A stretch of 64,000 bases of DNA from an uncultured Collinsella sp. (GTDB lineage Bacteria; Actinomycetota; Coriobacteriia; Coriobacteriales; Coriobacteriaceae), in NCBI GenBank assembly GCA_902496335.1, contig CABVAO010000002.1, positions 29,028-93,027 of the forward strand. The letters run 5' to 3'. Under the pieces are notes generated by a model that was given only the letters and a program-made list of their open reading frames with translations, searched no databases and was not told the DNA's origin. Shown one piece after another: positions 19,801 to 27,795 of the stretch. Both the position numbers and the translations under genes were made by a program. Positions within the stretch are counted from its first letter, which is position 1, and each line of letters starts with the position of its first letter.

Positions 19801-19939
19801 CGTGGAGACCGGCATCGCCGAGCGTCTGCGCGAGCTCGAGGCGGGCAACGTTGCCGCCGTCGACCCGACGTCGGCTCAGGCCGCGCATGCGCGCTGCTCG
19901 TATAACCACGAAGGAACGTTTGTAAGGAGGGACGTGTAG
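16850..19939 (+). CDS. addB: AddB/RexB-like subunit with C-terminal PD-(D/E)XK nuclease
   Basis: SASQIEAYSTCP, GNFVHDVLE, GRIDRVD, IDYK and QTLIY; lies directly upstream of a UvrD-type helicase-nuclease gene. Confidence 0.75.
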   Translation: MPVRIYTTNAGTDLSDAEAALLADLVARHGRAVLLAPSFAELDLCRHDAAEAGVSLGIDYKTPTSWLRSLWELMGDGRSFVDNLQRQMLFSDMVTRLDDADLQPLSHSQGTVRMLARMARDVLPGVAGTGAERCRGDNCQPEPKSDAEARVFELLRAYAGGLDRRDMVEPCEAADIMTSVLADSLPACTRAVCVRGITSFTHGLLELLSAVANNGGEVVVLLAREQAAMREELAAAFDARDVLFEIAPLGEDVGASDAACGTAAQPAFIEVAGPHARAHAYADAIDDLVKTCRGSEVDGASADPVRVLAVSARAPQLFGELASRLAARHIAAETTEFTAFSQSIAGRQFAALAGLIERMKAADEGMASKTEWWPAPELTDWIYSPLSGADAASARGFDKNMRLSRSKTAAGVKSLLQSVQGQVRGARKAASDDNWFKNVPCVVSDVFQALWRDKPVTALKAMLAVAEALPDRALGGLDGQARRQAETALLRHAIDILMNDARALDVSQAATVPVLDGVRTKVDKRSTAYDYETYEVDRTPRAQVRFVSLADASVLRPGGYDAVLFADVDLDSYPLSHEEGPLATLTAELRRDGVSLEPAALLRVRFGRAMQAASGPVALARVTHDRQARECYPAAVWTELRAHAEAAGAAKPTCVGEGDIIADFDPAAGEGLKRERVTCEAPQHLSAEAVPYLVLRRRDGEGEDAPLVPRLTSASQIEAYSTCPLCWFVSYRVKPQSIDAGFGNMEKGNFVHDVLEHLHARLPQEGMERVTPENLPRAQELLHEVFDETLAEHAGKRGTEGPLVPLSAVEERQVAEILPQLEGVLAYESEALAPFAPRYLEFAFNELKVEYAGWPLGGRIDRVDVDAENRAVVIDYKHRTGVEEFKLADPTVRDEESGTAPIDDPRWLPPHTQTLIYAQAMRRALDLDTRAALYFSTKGGKPALRGAASAELLEEERGDGRIPGLKKGFPGEGGSMDFDALLDRVETGIAERLRELEAGNVAAVDPTSAQAAHARCSYNHEGTFVRRDV

Positions 19940-19942
19940 ACC

Positions 19943-22900
19943 ATGGATCTTTCGACTTTGATGCCGCAACAGCTGCAGATCGTCAAAACGCTCGACCGTC
20001 CGCTGTTTGTCTCGGCGGGCGCCGGTTCGGGCAAGACCTTTACCCTCACGCGCCGCATCGTCTACGCACTCTCTCCCGAATCCGGTCCGTTCGTTGAGCA
20101 TCTGGACCAGGTGCTCGCTATTACCTTTACCAAAGATGCCGCGGCCGAGATTCGTGACCGCGTGCGCCGCGCGCTCATCGACGAGGGCATGGACGAGGAA
20201 GCACTGACCGTCGACGACGCGTGGATCTCGACCATTCACGGCATGTGCTCGCGTATCCTGCGCGCGCACGCGCTGGAGCTGGGCATCGATCCCGAGTTCA
20301 CAGTGCTCACCGATACCGACGAGCTCATGGATCAGGCTGTCGAGCATGTGCTGGGTCGCGCAACGGCGCCCGATGCCGCCCCCGAGCTCGCGGCATCGCT
20401 CAAGGCCCTCTACGCCTGGTATCCCATGGCGGGCGAGGGCGGTTCCTTTGGCGCCGGTACGACCATCAAGGGTCTGGTGCGCGACCTGCTGGAGCTGTCG
20501 AGTCAGTTGCCGGGCGGTATGGACGACGTGCGCGTGGCGCGCGGCCAGGCCGATACCTCTGCACTCGCCGATGCCTATCGCGCGGCGCTGGGCGCAAGCA
20601 AGGCCGCGACCGAGAAGGCGCAGGTGGCGCTCGATGCCATCGACGCGTTCGAGGCGAGCGGCAAGACCATGGTCGATGCGGCGCGACTCATGATGTCGTG
20701 CACCATGCCGCGCGCGAGCAAGGCATTCCCCAAGGAGCAGGTCGAGCTGCTCAAGGCCGAGGCCGCCGATGCGTTTATCAATATCGTGCTTGCCTGCGGT
20801 GGCCCGGCGCTCGATGCGCTGGTGGGTCTGGCCCGTTCCGTCGAGGCCGAGTATCGCGCATTGAAGGCTGCCCAGTCCGCCCTCGATAATAACGACCTGC
20901 TGCGTATGGCCTACGAGGCCCTGCGCGATTACCCTGCCATCCGTGCTGCGTACGAGGGCCGCTTTAAGATGGTCATGATCGACGAGTTCCAGGACACCGA
21001 CCAGATGCAGGTCGATTTGATTCGCTATCTGACGGACGCGGGGGAGCGCGCGTTGTGCACCGTGGGCGATGCGCAGCAGTCGATCTACCGCTTCCGTGGC
21101 GCCGAGGTCGAGGTGTTCCGTCGTCAGGAGCGCAAGGTGGGCTCGTCTGCCGCGCCCGAGGCGACTGCCGTGGCCGATGCCCCTGCCGGCGAGCTCGTCA
21201 AACTCGTGCGCAACTTCCGCAGCCATGACGAGGTGCTGCGTTACGTGGCACGCGTCTTCGACGGCGATGACGGCGGCCTGATGCAGGGCTTTTTGGATCT
21301 TGAGGCGAGCGACGGCCGCAAGGACACGCTGGTGGCAGACGCTTCGCGTCGCCAGGCCCTCTTTGTTGCCGGCGGCAGTACGCAGGAGCGCACGCAGGCC
21401 AAGGCCCGCGCGATCGCCGAGCGATTCCGCGCGCTTGCCGATGCCGGCCAGCCCCAGGGCGGCATGGTACTGCTACTGGGCCGCATGACCAACGCCGACG
21501 TCTACGCCCAGGCCTTCCGCGATCAGGGGCTCGACTGCGTGATCGCAGGCGGCTCGGTCTTTGCCCAGGCAGCCGAGGTGCAGACGGTGCGTGCCCTGGT
21601 CTGCGCGCTCGCCAATCCGGCCGATACGGCGCAGGGCCTTATGCCACTGCTCGCCTCGCCGATGTTTGCGCTCGGTGCCCAGGAGTTCCTGGCGCTGGCG
21701 ACCAAGCTCGATAGCGAGACAGGGGAGACCTCGCGCCGGAATATCGACATGGGCATCATGAGCGATTTCGACGTGCCGGGTTTGCAAGACTTGCCGCTTG
21801 TGACGCGCGCCCGCGAGGTGCTGCGGTATGCGCTTCGTCGCGTGGGCCGCGATTCGTTCGCCGCCATCGCGCGCGACGTGGTCAACGCCTCCGGCTGGTT
21901 TGTGCGTCTGGGACAGCGTGGTCCCGAGGGCAAGGCCATTGCCGCCAACGTGCTCAAGGCGCTCGACGCCGTGGCTGAGGCTGAGGCCGAGTTCGGCAAC
22001 TCGCCGCGTTCCATCGCGCTTGCCTTCGACCGCTTCTTGGCGGGCAAGGAAGCCCCGGGTGCCCTCAACGAGGAAGGCGACGGCGCGGTGCGCATCATGA
22101 CGGTGCATGCCTCCAAGGGTCTGGAATATCCGGTCGTGGCGGTCGCCGAGTGCTTTGGCATGCGTAAGTCCTCGGGTGCGGCACAGATGGGTCGCGTCGA
22201 GGGCGGAGCGCAGGTCGTGGCACTGCCGGCACGCTTCGACGGCGTTAAGCTTGCCGACGGTACCTTTGTGAAGGGCGACGACGTCAAAAAGCAGTTTGAG
22301 CACGCGTTTAAGGGCAAGGGCACGTCGCTGTGGCTGCCGCCGGAGCTCATGGAGGACGTCTGTGCGACGGGTTCTCCCGCCGAGGCATTTGCTCGCCTGC
22401 GCAACGCCGACCTGCAGCTTTCGCTCGAGGAACGGGCCCGCTTGCTCTATGTTGCCATGACGCGTGCGCGCGAGCTGGTGATCTTGGCGATGGATGCCGG
22501 CGTGAGCCGTGGCAAGGTGACGGCGCCGACCTTCGATGTCGAGACCGATCTGACCTACGACGTGCTGCGCCGTATTTTGCCGACGGACGCTCTGGACATG
22601 CCGCAGCTCGATGCCGACCGCCTGGTGTTCGACAACTCCCAGCCGGGCGACTACGAGCTCATATCGCTAGCAGACTTTACGTTTGGCGAGCAGGCGTTTG
22701 AGGCCAACGCTTCGCTGGATGCCGAGGGCAGGCTTGTTCGTGGCGATGCCGATGCAGATGCTGCCGACGATTCGGCCAGTACAATCGTCCCCGGTCCTGC
22801 CGACCCCGAGCCCGATGCGTTTGAGCTCGTGTATCCCCAGGCGGTGGGCGTGCGCATGGGCATCTGTCCGTTTCCGGTGCGTGACTCGTATAGCTACTCG

Positions 22901-23575
22901 TCAATCGCTGCGGCGCTCCATGCCGAGACAGAAGACCGTGCCGCCGAGGCGCGTGTGCCCATGGACGAGTCCGGCGATGATGCAGAGTCGGATGGCTCGG
23001 AGATGACGGATGCAGACGTGGCTGCTGTCGAGCCCGCCGGCAATCCCATGGCGCTGGGCTCGGCCTTCCACGCCGCCTGCCAGTGGCTCATCGAGATGGG
23101 TGCCGATGCGCTGCCCGCTGAGCGTGCCGACGCCCTGGCTCGCCTGTGGCACCTGACGCCAGAACAGCGCGAGCGCTTCGATGTCGCTCTGGAGCGCTGG
23201 CTCAAGTCGTCGGTTCGTGCCGACCTGCTCGCGTGGCCGTGCGTTCGCGCCGAGGTGCCGTTCTTTTCGCTGGGCTGCGAGGACGAGGACATCGCTCGCT
23301 ACGGCGCATATGCCGAAGGCGCCATCGATGCACTGGCGACGAACCCGGCGGATTCGTCACGCGCGCTGGTCATCGACTATAAGACGGGCGGCACGCCGGA
23401 CGAGACGCCGGACCAGCTGCAGGAGAAGCACGCCCTGCAGGCGCGCGTCTACGCTGATGTTCTGAGCAAGGCGGGCTTTGAGGCTGTGACCGTCAAGTTC
23501 GTCCGCGTGGAGCAGGCCGATCCGACTCTCTTCGTCAATCCCGCCGAGCCCCAAGTAGTCACCTACAACTTCTAG
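19943..23575 (+). CDS. addA: AddA-like UvrD helicase with C-terminal nuclease
   Basis: AGAGSGKT, ITFT, STIHG, IDEFQDT, VGDAQQSIYRFRGA, NFRS, MTVHASKGLEYP, LLYVAMTRA and GAID..IDYKTG. Confidence 0.85.
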   Translation: MDLSTLMPQQLQIVKTLDRPLFVSAGAGSGKTFTLTRRIVYALSPESGPFVEHLDQVLAITFTKDAAAEIRDRVRRALIDEGMDEEALTVDDAWISTIHGMCSRILRAHALELGIDPEFTVLTDTDELMDQAVEHVLGRATAPDAAPELAASLKALYAWYPMAGEGGSFGAGTTIKGLVRDLLELSSQLPGGMDDVRVARGQADTSALADAYRAALGASKAATEKAQVALDAIDAFEASGKTMVDAARLMMSCTMPRASKAFPKEQVELLKAEAADAFINIVLACGGPALDALVGLARSVEAEYRALKAAQSALDNNDLLRMAYEALRDYPAIRAAYEGRFKMVMIDEFQDTDQMQVDLIRYLTDAGERALCTVGDAQQSIYRFRGAEVEVFRRQERKVGSSAAPEATAVADAPAGELVKLVRNFRSHDEVLRYVARVFDGDDGGLMQGFLDLEASDGRKDTLVADASRRQALFVAGGSTQERTQAKARAIAERFRALADAGQPQGGMVLLLGRMTNADVYAQAFRDQGLDCVIAGGSVFAQAAEVQTVRALVCALANPADTAQGLMPLLASPMFALGAQEFLALATKLDSETGETSRRNIDMGIMSDFDVPGLQDLPLVTRAREVLRYALRRVGRDSFAAIARDVVNASGWFVRLGQRGPEGKAIAANVLKALDAVAEAEAEFGNSPRSIALAFDRFLAGKEAPGALNEEGDGAVRIMTVHASKGLEYPVVAVAECFGMRKSSGAAQMGRVEGGAQVVALPARFDGVKLADGTFVKGDDVKKQFEHAFKGKGTSLWLPPELMEDVCATGSPAEAFARLRNADLQLSLEERARLLYVAMTRARELVILAMDAGVSRGKVTAPTFDVETDLTYDVLRRILPTDALDMPQLDADRLVFDNSQPGDYELISLADFTFGEQAFEANASLDAEGRLVRGDADADAADDSASTIVPGPADPEPDAFELVYPQAVGVRMGICPFPVRDSYSYSSIAAALHAETEDRAAEARVPMDESGDDAESDGSEMTDADVAAVEPAGNPMALGSAFHAACQWLIEMGADALPAERADALARLWHLTPEQRERFDVALERWLKSSVRADLLAWPCVRAEVPFFSLGCEDEDIARYGAYAEGAIDALATNPADSSRALVIDYKTGGTPDETPDQLQEKHALQARVYADVLSKAGFEAVTVKFVRVEQADPTLFVNPAEPQVVTYNF

Positions 23576-23628
23576 TCCTCAGATAACTTGCGGTGGAATC
23601 CTTTTCGATTCCACCGCAACTGCAATAG

Positions 23629-23708
23629 CGATGATTTTTCTGGGACGGGGATTAAAAAATCATTAGGTACGGAATGATTTTTTAATCCCCGTCCCAGAAA
23701 AATCATCG
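23629..23708. repeat. Perfect 36-bp-arm inverted repeat with GGGACGGGG core (REP doublet-like)
   Basis: CGATGATTTTTCTGGGACGGGGATTAAAAAATCATT at 23629-23664 and its exact reverse complement at 23673-23708. Confidence 0.85.
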
Positions 23709-23847
23709 GGTAGATGAGGGCAAGGGTAGCTAAAATAGCCCCGTCCAAAATTGACTGCCCATGTTGGTTTGGCTAGGTTCGGGTGCCGTCCGCGCCGTGC
23801 GGTAAAATCGTTCAGTCAGAACACGAACCCGCATCGGAGCTCATCAC

Positions 23848-26800
23848 ATGGCATTCGTCCATCTGCACAATCACACTGTTTTCTCCATGCTCGACGGCGC
23901 AACCCGTATCCAGGATATGGTCAATCGTGCCGTTGAACTTGGCATGCCCGCCGTGGCCATTACCGACCACGGCTACATGTATGGCGTGCCCGACCTGGCG
24001 CTGGCCTGCGACGCCGTCAATCACAACACGCCCGAGTACAAAACCTGGAGCCACGACAAGGCCTTCTTGGAAAAGGACCGCCGCGACGAGCTGGTGGAGC
24101 CCGACCCCGAGGAAAACCCGCGCGAGCATGCCCAGTATGTGAAGGACATGGCCATGTGGGACGAGAAGGGCAATATCGACGAGCTCAAGCCGCCTCTGGT
24201 CATCAAGCCCATCTTTGGCTGCGAGGTCTACTTTACGCCGGACGAGACCCTTGCCCGCGACCACAAGCCCGAGCTCTACCACATGATCCTTCTGGCCAAA
24301 GACCAGGAAGGCTACGTCAACCTGATGCAGACGGTTTCCGAGGCCGCCGTGCAGGGCTTTTACTACAAGCCGCGCGTGACGCTCGACAACCTACGCCGCC
24401 ACGCCAAGGGCATGATCTGCACGAGCGCCTGCATCGCGGGCATCATCCCCAAATACATCGACCGCGGTGACATGGAGGGCGCCATCAAGTGGGCCGAGAC
24501 CTTCCGCGATACCTTCGACCCCGGCGACTTCTACATCGAGATCCAGGAACATGGCATCACCACCGACAACGGCCTGACCGACGAGCAGATGGACCGCACG
24601 CTCATCGATATCGCCAAGCAGGTGGGCGTCAAGGTCATCGCCACCAACGACTTCCACTACCTGCGCCGCGAGGATGCGCCCGTGCAGGACGTCATCATGT
24701 GTATTGGCATGAACGCCAAGGTCGATGACCCCAACCGCATGCGCATGACCGGCTCGGAGTTTTACATGAAGACCGAGGAGGAGATGCGGGCGATGTTCCC
24801 GTATTGCCCCGAGGCCTGCGACAACACGCTCGAGATCGCCGACAAGTGCTACGTTGAGCTGGACTGGGACTCTATCATCCTGCCGCGCTTTCCGTTGCTC
24901 GATCCCGGTGAGACGCACGAGAGCCAGTTCCGCCGTGAGTGCGAGAAGGGCCTGCGCCAGCACTATGGCGACGACTGGGCCACACGCGAGATCGGTGGCG
25001 TCAACATCAAAGAGCGCTTTGAGTACGAATACAAGGTCATCTGTGACAAGGGCTTTGCCGCCTACTTCCTCATCGTTGCCGAGTACGTGCAATGGGCCAA
25101 GGACAACGGCATCGGCGTCGGCCCCGGCCGTGGTTCTGCCGCCGGCGCTATCGTCGCCTACGCCATGAACATCACCGCGTTCGACCCGCTCGAGAACGGC
25201 CTGATGTTCGAGAGGTTCCTGTCCCCGCAGCGTACCGAGATGCCCGATATCGATATGGACTTCGACGATGAGCGGCGCCTCGAGGTCGTGGAGCACGTTC
25301 GCCAGCTCTACGGTCCCGAGAAGGTCACCCACGTCATCACCTACTCGACCATCAAGGCCAAGCAGGCCATCAACGACGCCGCGCGCGTCCTGGACTACCC
25401 GGTCTACATGGGCCAGCGTCTGTCCAAGATGGTCTCGAGCGACCCCAAGGTCAAGCTCAAGCAGGTACTCGAAAAACAACCCGGCAAAGAGGATCTGTTT
25501 AACCCCGACTTTGCCGAGGCCTATAAAAAGGACGACGACGCCCGCCGCATCATCGACACGGCGCTCTCGATCGAGGGCCTTACCCGTGGCGAGGGCGTGC
25601 ACGCGTGCGCCGTTCTGATTTGCCGCGACCCCGTCAACGAGCACGTGCCCACCAAGCTCGATACCAAGGGCGGCGTCGAGATTACCCAGTACGAGGGCCA
25701 TACCGTTGCCGACATGGGCCTGCTCAAGATGGACTTCCTGGGCCTGCGTACGCTGACGGTTATCTCCAAGGCCAAGGCCAACATCAAAAAGAACTTCGGC
25801 ATCGACATCAAAGAGGAAGAGATTCCCTTTGACGACCCCGAGATCTTTAAGCTCATGGGCTCCGGCCACACCGCCGGCGTCTTCCAGGTCGAGTCCGCCG
25901 GCATGACGGCCACGATCAAGAACATGAAGCCCACCGAGTACAAGCACGTCGTGGCATTGATTGCCCTGTACCGCCCGGGCCCTCTGGGCGCCGGCATGGT
26001 TTCGTCCTATATCAACCGTATGAACGGCAAAGAGCCGGCCGTCTCCTATGACGACCGTCTGGACGACATCCTGGGCGAAACCTACGGCACCATGGTCTAC
26101 CAGGAGCAGGTTATGCTCATCTCCGTCGAGATGTGCGGCTTCTCCAAGGGCGAATCGGACTCGCGTATCCGTAAGCCCGTGGCTAAGAAAAAGATCAAGC
26201 TGCTCACCTCGACGGTGCTCCACTGGGAGGATGGCTCGGACGAGACCACCTACGACCACTGGATGAACGGCGCTATCAAGAACAACTACACGCGCGAGGT
26301 CGCCCAGAAGATTTGGGACGATGTTCTCGAGTTCGCATCTTACGCCTTTAACAAGTCGCACTCCGCCGGCTACGCCATCCTGGTTATGCAGACGGCATGG
26401 CTTAAGGCGCACTATCCGCACGAGTACATGGCGGCCGTTCTGACGTCCTACACGGGCAAGACCGACAAGATCGTTCACTACGTCTCGGCGTGCCGTCACG
26501 ACGGCATCCCCGTGCTGTCGCCAGATGTTAACGAGTCCGGTACCGAGTTCACGGCTACCAAGGAAGGCGTGCGCTTTGGTTTGGCCGGCATTCGCGGCGT
26601 GGGCACCGGCGTGGCGCAGGCGATTATCGCCGAGCGCGAGGCGGGCGGTCCGTTTAAGACGCTGCACGACTTTGTCGAGCGCGTGGACTCGAGCCAGGCC
26701 AACCGCCGTGTGATCGAATCGCTCATCAAGGCAGGCGCCTTCGACTCCACGGGGTATCCGCGTCGCCAGATGATGCACTTTGTGGATAAGAACAACCCTG

Positions 26801-27651
26801 AGAACATCATCGATGCCGCGGTGAAGCGCCAGAAGGATCGTGCGAGCGGCCAGACGTCGTTCTTCGACATGTTTGGTGATGTTGAGGGCTCGGGCTTTGA
26901 GGTGAGCGTGCCCGATCCGGATGGCCAGGAGTGGGACCGCCACCTTAAGTTGAGCCAGGAGAAGGAGGTTCTGGGCATCTATGTCTCGGACCACCCGCTG
27001 CGCCCGTTTGAGTATGCACTAGCCAAGGCACGCGACTTCTCGTTCTCGCAGATCGATACCGGCTACGAGGTGCAAAACCCCACGGGCGGTACCATCAACC
27101 AGGAGATTCCCGAGGGCAAGGCGCTGTGGTGGGCCGGCATGGTCTCGAGCGTGTCCAAGCGCGTGACCAAAAACGGCGACCCCATGGGTATTGTGCAGCT
27201 CGAGGACATGGAAGGCGAGGCCACGGTCGTGGTGTTCCCCAAGACCTACAAAGAGGCCGAGGGATACCTGTACGGCGAGGTCGATCCCGAGACCGGTGCG
27301 CAGCTGTCTGATGCGTTTGTTCGCATTAAGGGCAAGCTCGAGCGTTCGGACCGCGGCGACCAGATCATCGCGCAGGAGATCGTGCCGCTTGAGCTTAACG
27401 AGGAGAACAACAAGCCCAAGGTGTTTGAGGTCATGGTGCCCAACAGCCGCTTTAGCCAGGGCAATATGGCGCGTCTTGCCACGGTGCTTACCGCAAACCC
27501 GGGCGGCGACCGCGTGGAGATCTTTATCGAGCAGGTGGACGGGCGCGTACTGCGTGCCGAGGTGCCGGCCAAGGTCAACGCACGCTCGATTCCGCTGCTG
27601 GCAGAGGCAAAGGCGATTGTGGGTAACCAAGGCAGAGTGACGGTAATTTAA
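23848..27651 (+). CDS. dnaE: DNA polymerase III alpha subunit
   Basis: PHP domain HLHNHT...TDHG...TNDFH; GPGRGSAAG; PDIDMDF; GLLKMDFLGL; YAFNKSHS; C-terminal OB fold. Confidence 0.97.
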   Translation: MAFVHLHNHTVFSMLDGATRIQDMVNRAVELGMPAVAITDHGYMYGVPDLALACDAVNHNTPEYKTWSHDKAFLEKDRRDELVEPDPEENPREHAQYVKDMAMWDEKGNIDELKPPLVIKPIFGCEVYFTPDETLARDHKPELYHMILLAKDQEGYVNLMQTVSEAAVQGFYYKPRVTLDNLRRHAKGMICTSACIAGIIPKYIDRGDMEGAIKWAETFRDTFDPGDFYIEIQEHGITTDNGLTDEQMDRTLIDIAKQVGVKVIATNDFHYLRREDAPVQDVIMCIGMNAKVDDPNRMRMTGSEFYMKTEEEMRAMFPYCPEACDNTLEIADKCYVELDWDSIILPRFPLLDPGETHESQFRRECEKGLRQHYGDDWATREIGGVNIKERFEYEYKVICDKGFAAYFLIVAEYVQWAKDNGIGVGPGRGSAAGAIVAYAMNITAFDPLENGLMFERFLSPQRTEMPDIDMDFDDERRLEVVEHVRQLYGPEKVTHVITYSTIKAKQAINDAARVLDYPVYMGQRLSKMVSSDPKVKLKQVLEKQPGKEDLFNPDFAEAYKKDDDARRIIDTALSIEGLTRGEGVHACAVLICRDPVNEHVPTKLDTKGGVEITQYEGHTVADMGLLKMDFLGLRTLTVISKAKANIKKNFGIDIKEEEIPFDDPEIFKLMGSGHTAGVFQVESAGMTATIKNMKPTEYKHVVALIALYRPGPLGAGMVSSYINRMNGKEPAVSYDDRLDDILGETYGTMVYQEQVMLISVEMCGFSKGESDSRIRKPVAKKKIKLLTSTVLHWEDGSDETTYDHWMNGAIKNNYTREVAQKIWDDVLEFASYAFNKSHSAGYAILVMQTAWLKAHYPHEYMAAVLTSYTGKTDKIVHYVSACRHDGIPVLSPDVNESGTEFTATKEGVRFGLAGIRGVGTGVAQAIIAEREAGGPFKTLHDFVERVDSSQANRRVIESLIKAGAFDSTGYPRRQMMHFVDKNNPENIIDAAVKRQKDRASGQTSFFDMFGDVEGSGFEVSVPDPDGQEWDRHLKLSQEKEVLGIYVSDHPLRPFEYALAKARDFSFSQIDTGYEVQNPTGGTINQEIPEGKALWWAGMVSSVSKRVTKNGDPMGIVQLEDMEGEATVVVFPKTYKEAEGYLYGEVDPETGAQLSDAFVRIKGKLERSDRGDQIIAQEIVPLELNEENNKPKVFEVMVPNSRFSQGNMARLATVLTANPGGDRVEIFIEQVDGRVLRAEVPAKVNARSIPLLAEAKAIVGNQGRVTVI

Positions 27652-27664
27652 GGACGGCGTTGGC

Positions 27665-27793
27665 GGGGTAGCTAATTTGGGACGGGGCTATTTTAGCTAC
27701 CCTTTGACTGACGGCGAATGAGTCGGGGTCGGAATGCATCTCAACCGACATATGGGGGTAGCTAAAATAGCCCCGTCCCAAATTAGCTACCCC
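27665..27793. repeat. Perfect 38-bp-arm inverted repeat with GGGACGGGG core (REP doublet-like)
   Basis: GGGGTAGCTAATTTGGGACGGGGCTATTTTAGCTACCC at 27665-27702 and its exact reverse complement at 27756-27793. Each arm is itself a hairpin. Confidence 0.85.
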
Positions 27794-27795
27794 GG

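Noticed and set aside
18269..21226. Long antisense ORFs (985 aa here; also 24391-26994, 55545-57638, 31681-33381, 8189-9784)
   Set aside because: Shadow frames opposite well-supported genes. They are expected in high-GC DNA and show no recognisable motifs.
23580..23760. Possible CRISPR array in the clustered palindromes
   Set aside because: The repeats are inverted, not direct repeats with unique spacers, and there are no cas genes. The PD-(D/E)XK domains nearby belong to AddAB.
24019..24200. Intein in dnaE
   Set aside because: Too short, and lacks Cys/Ser start and His-Asn end motifs.
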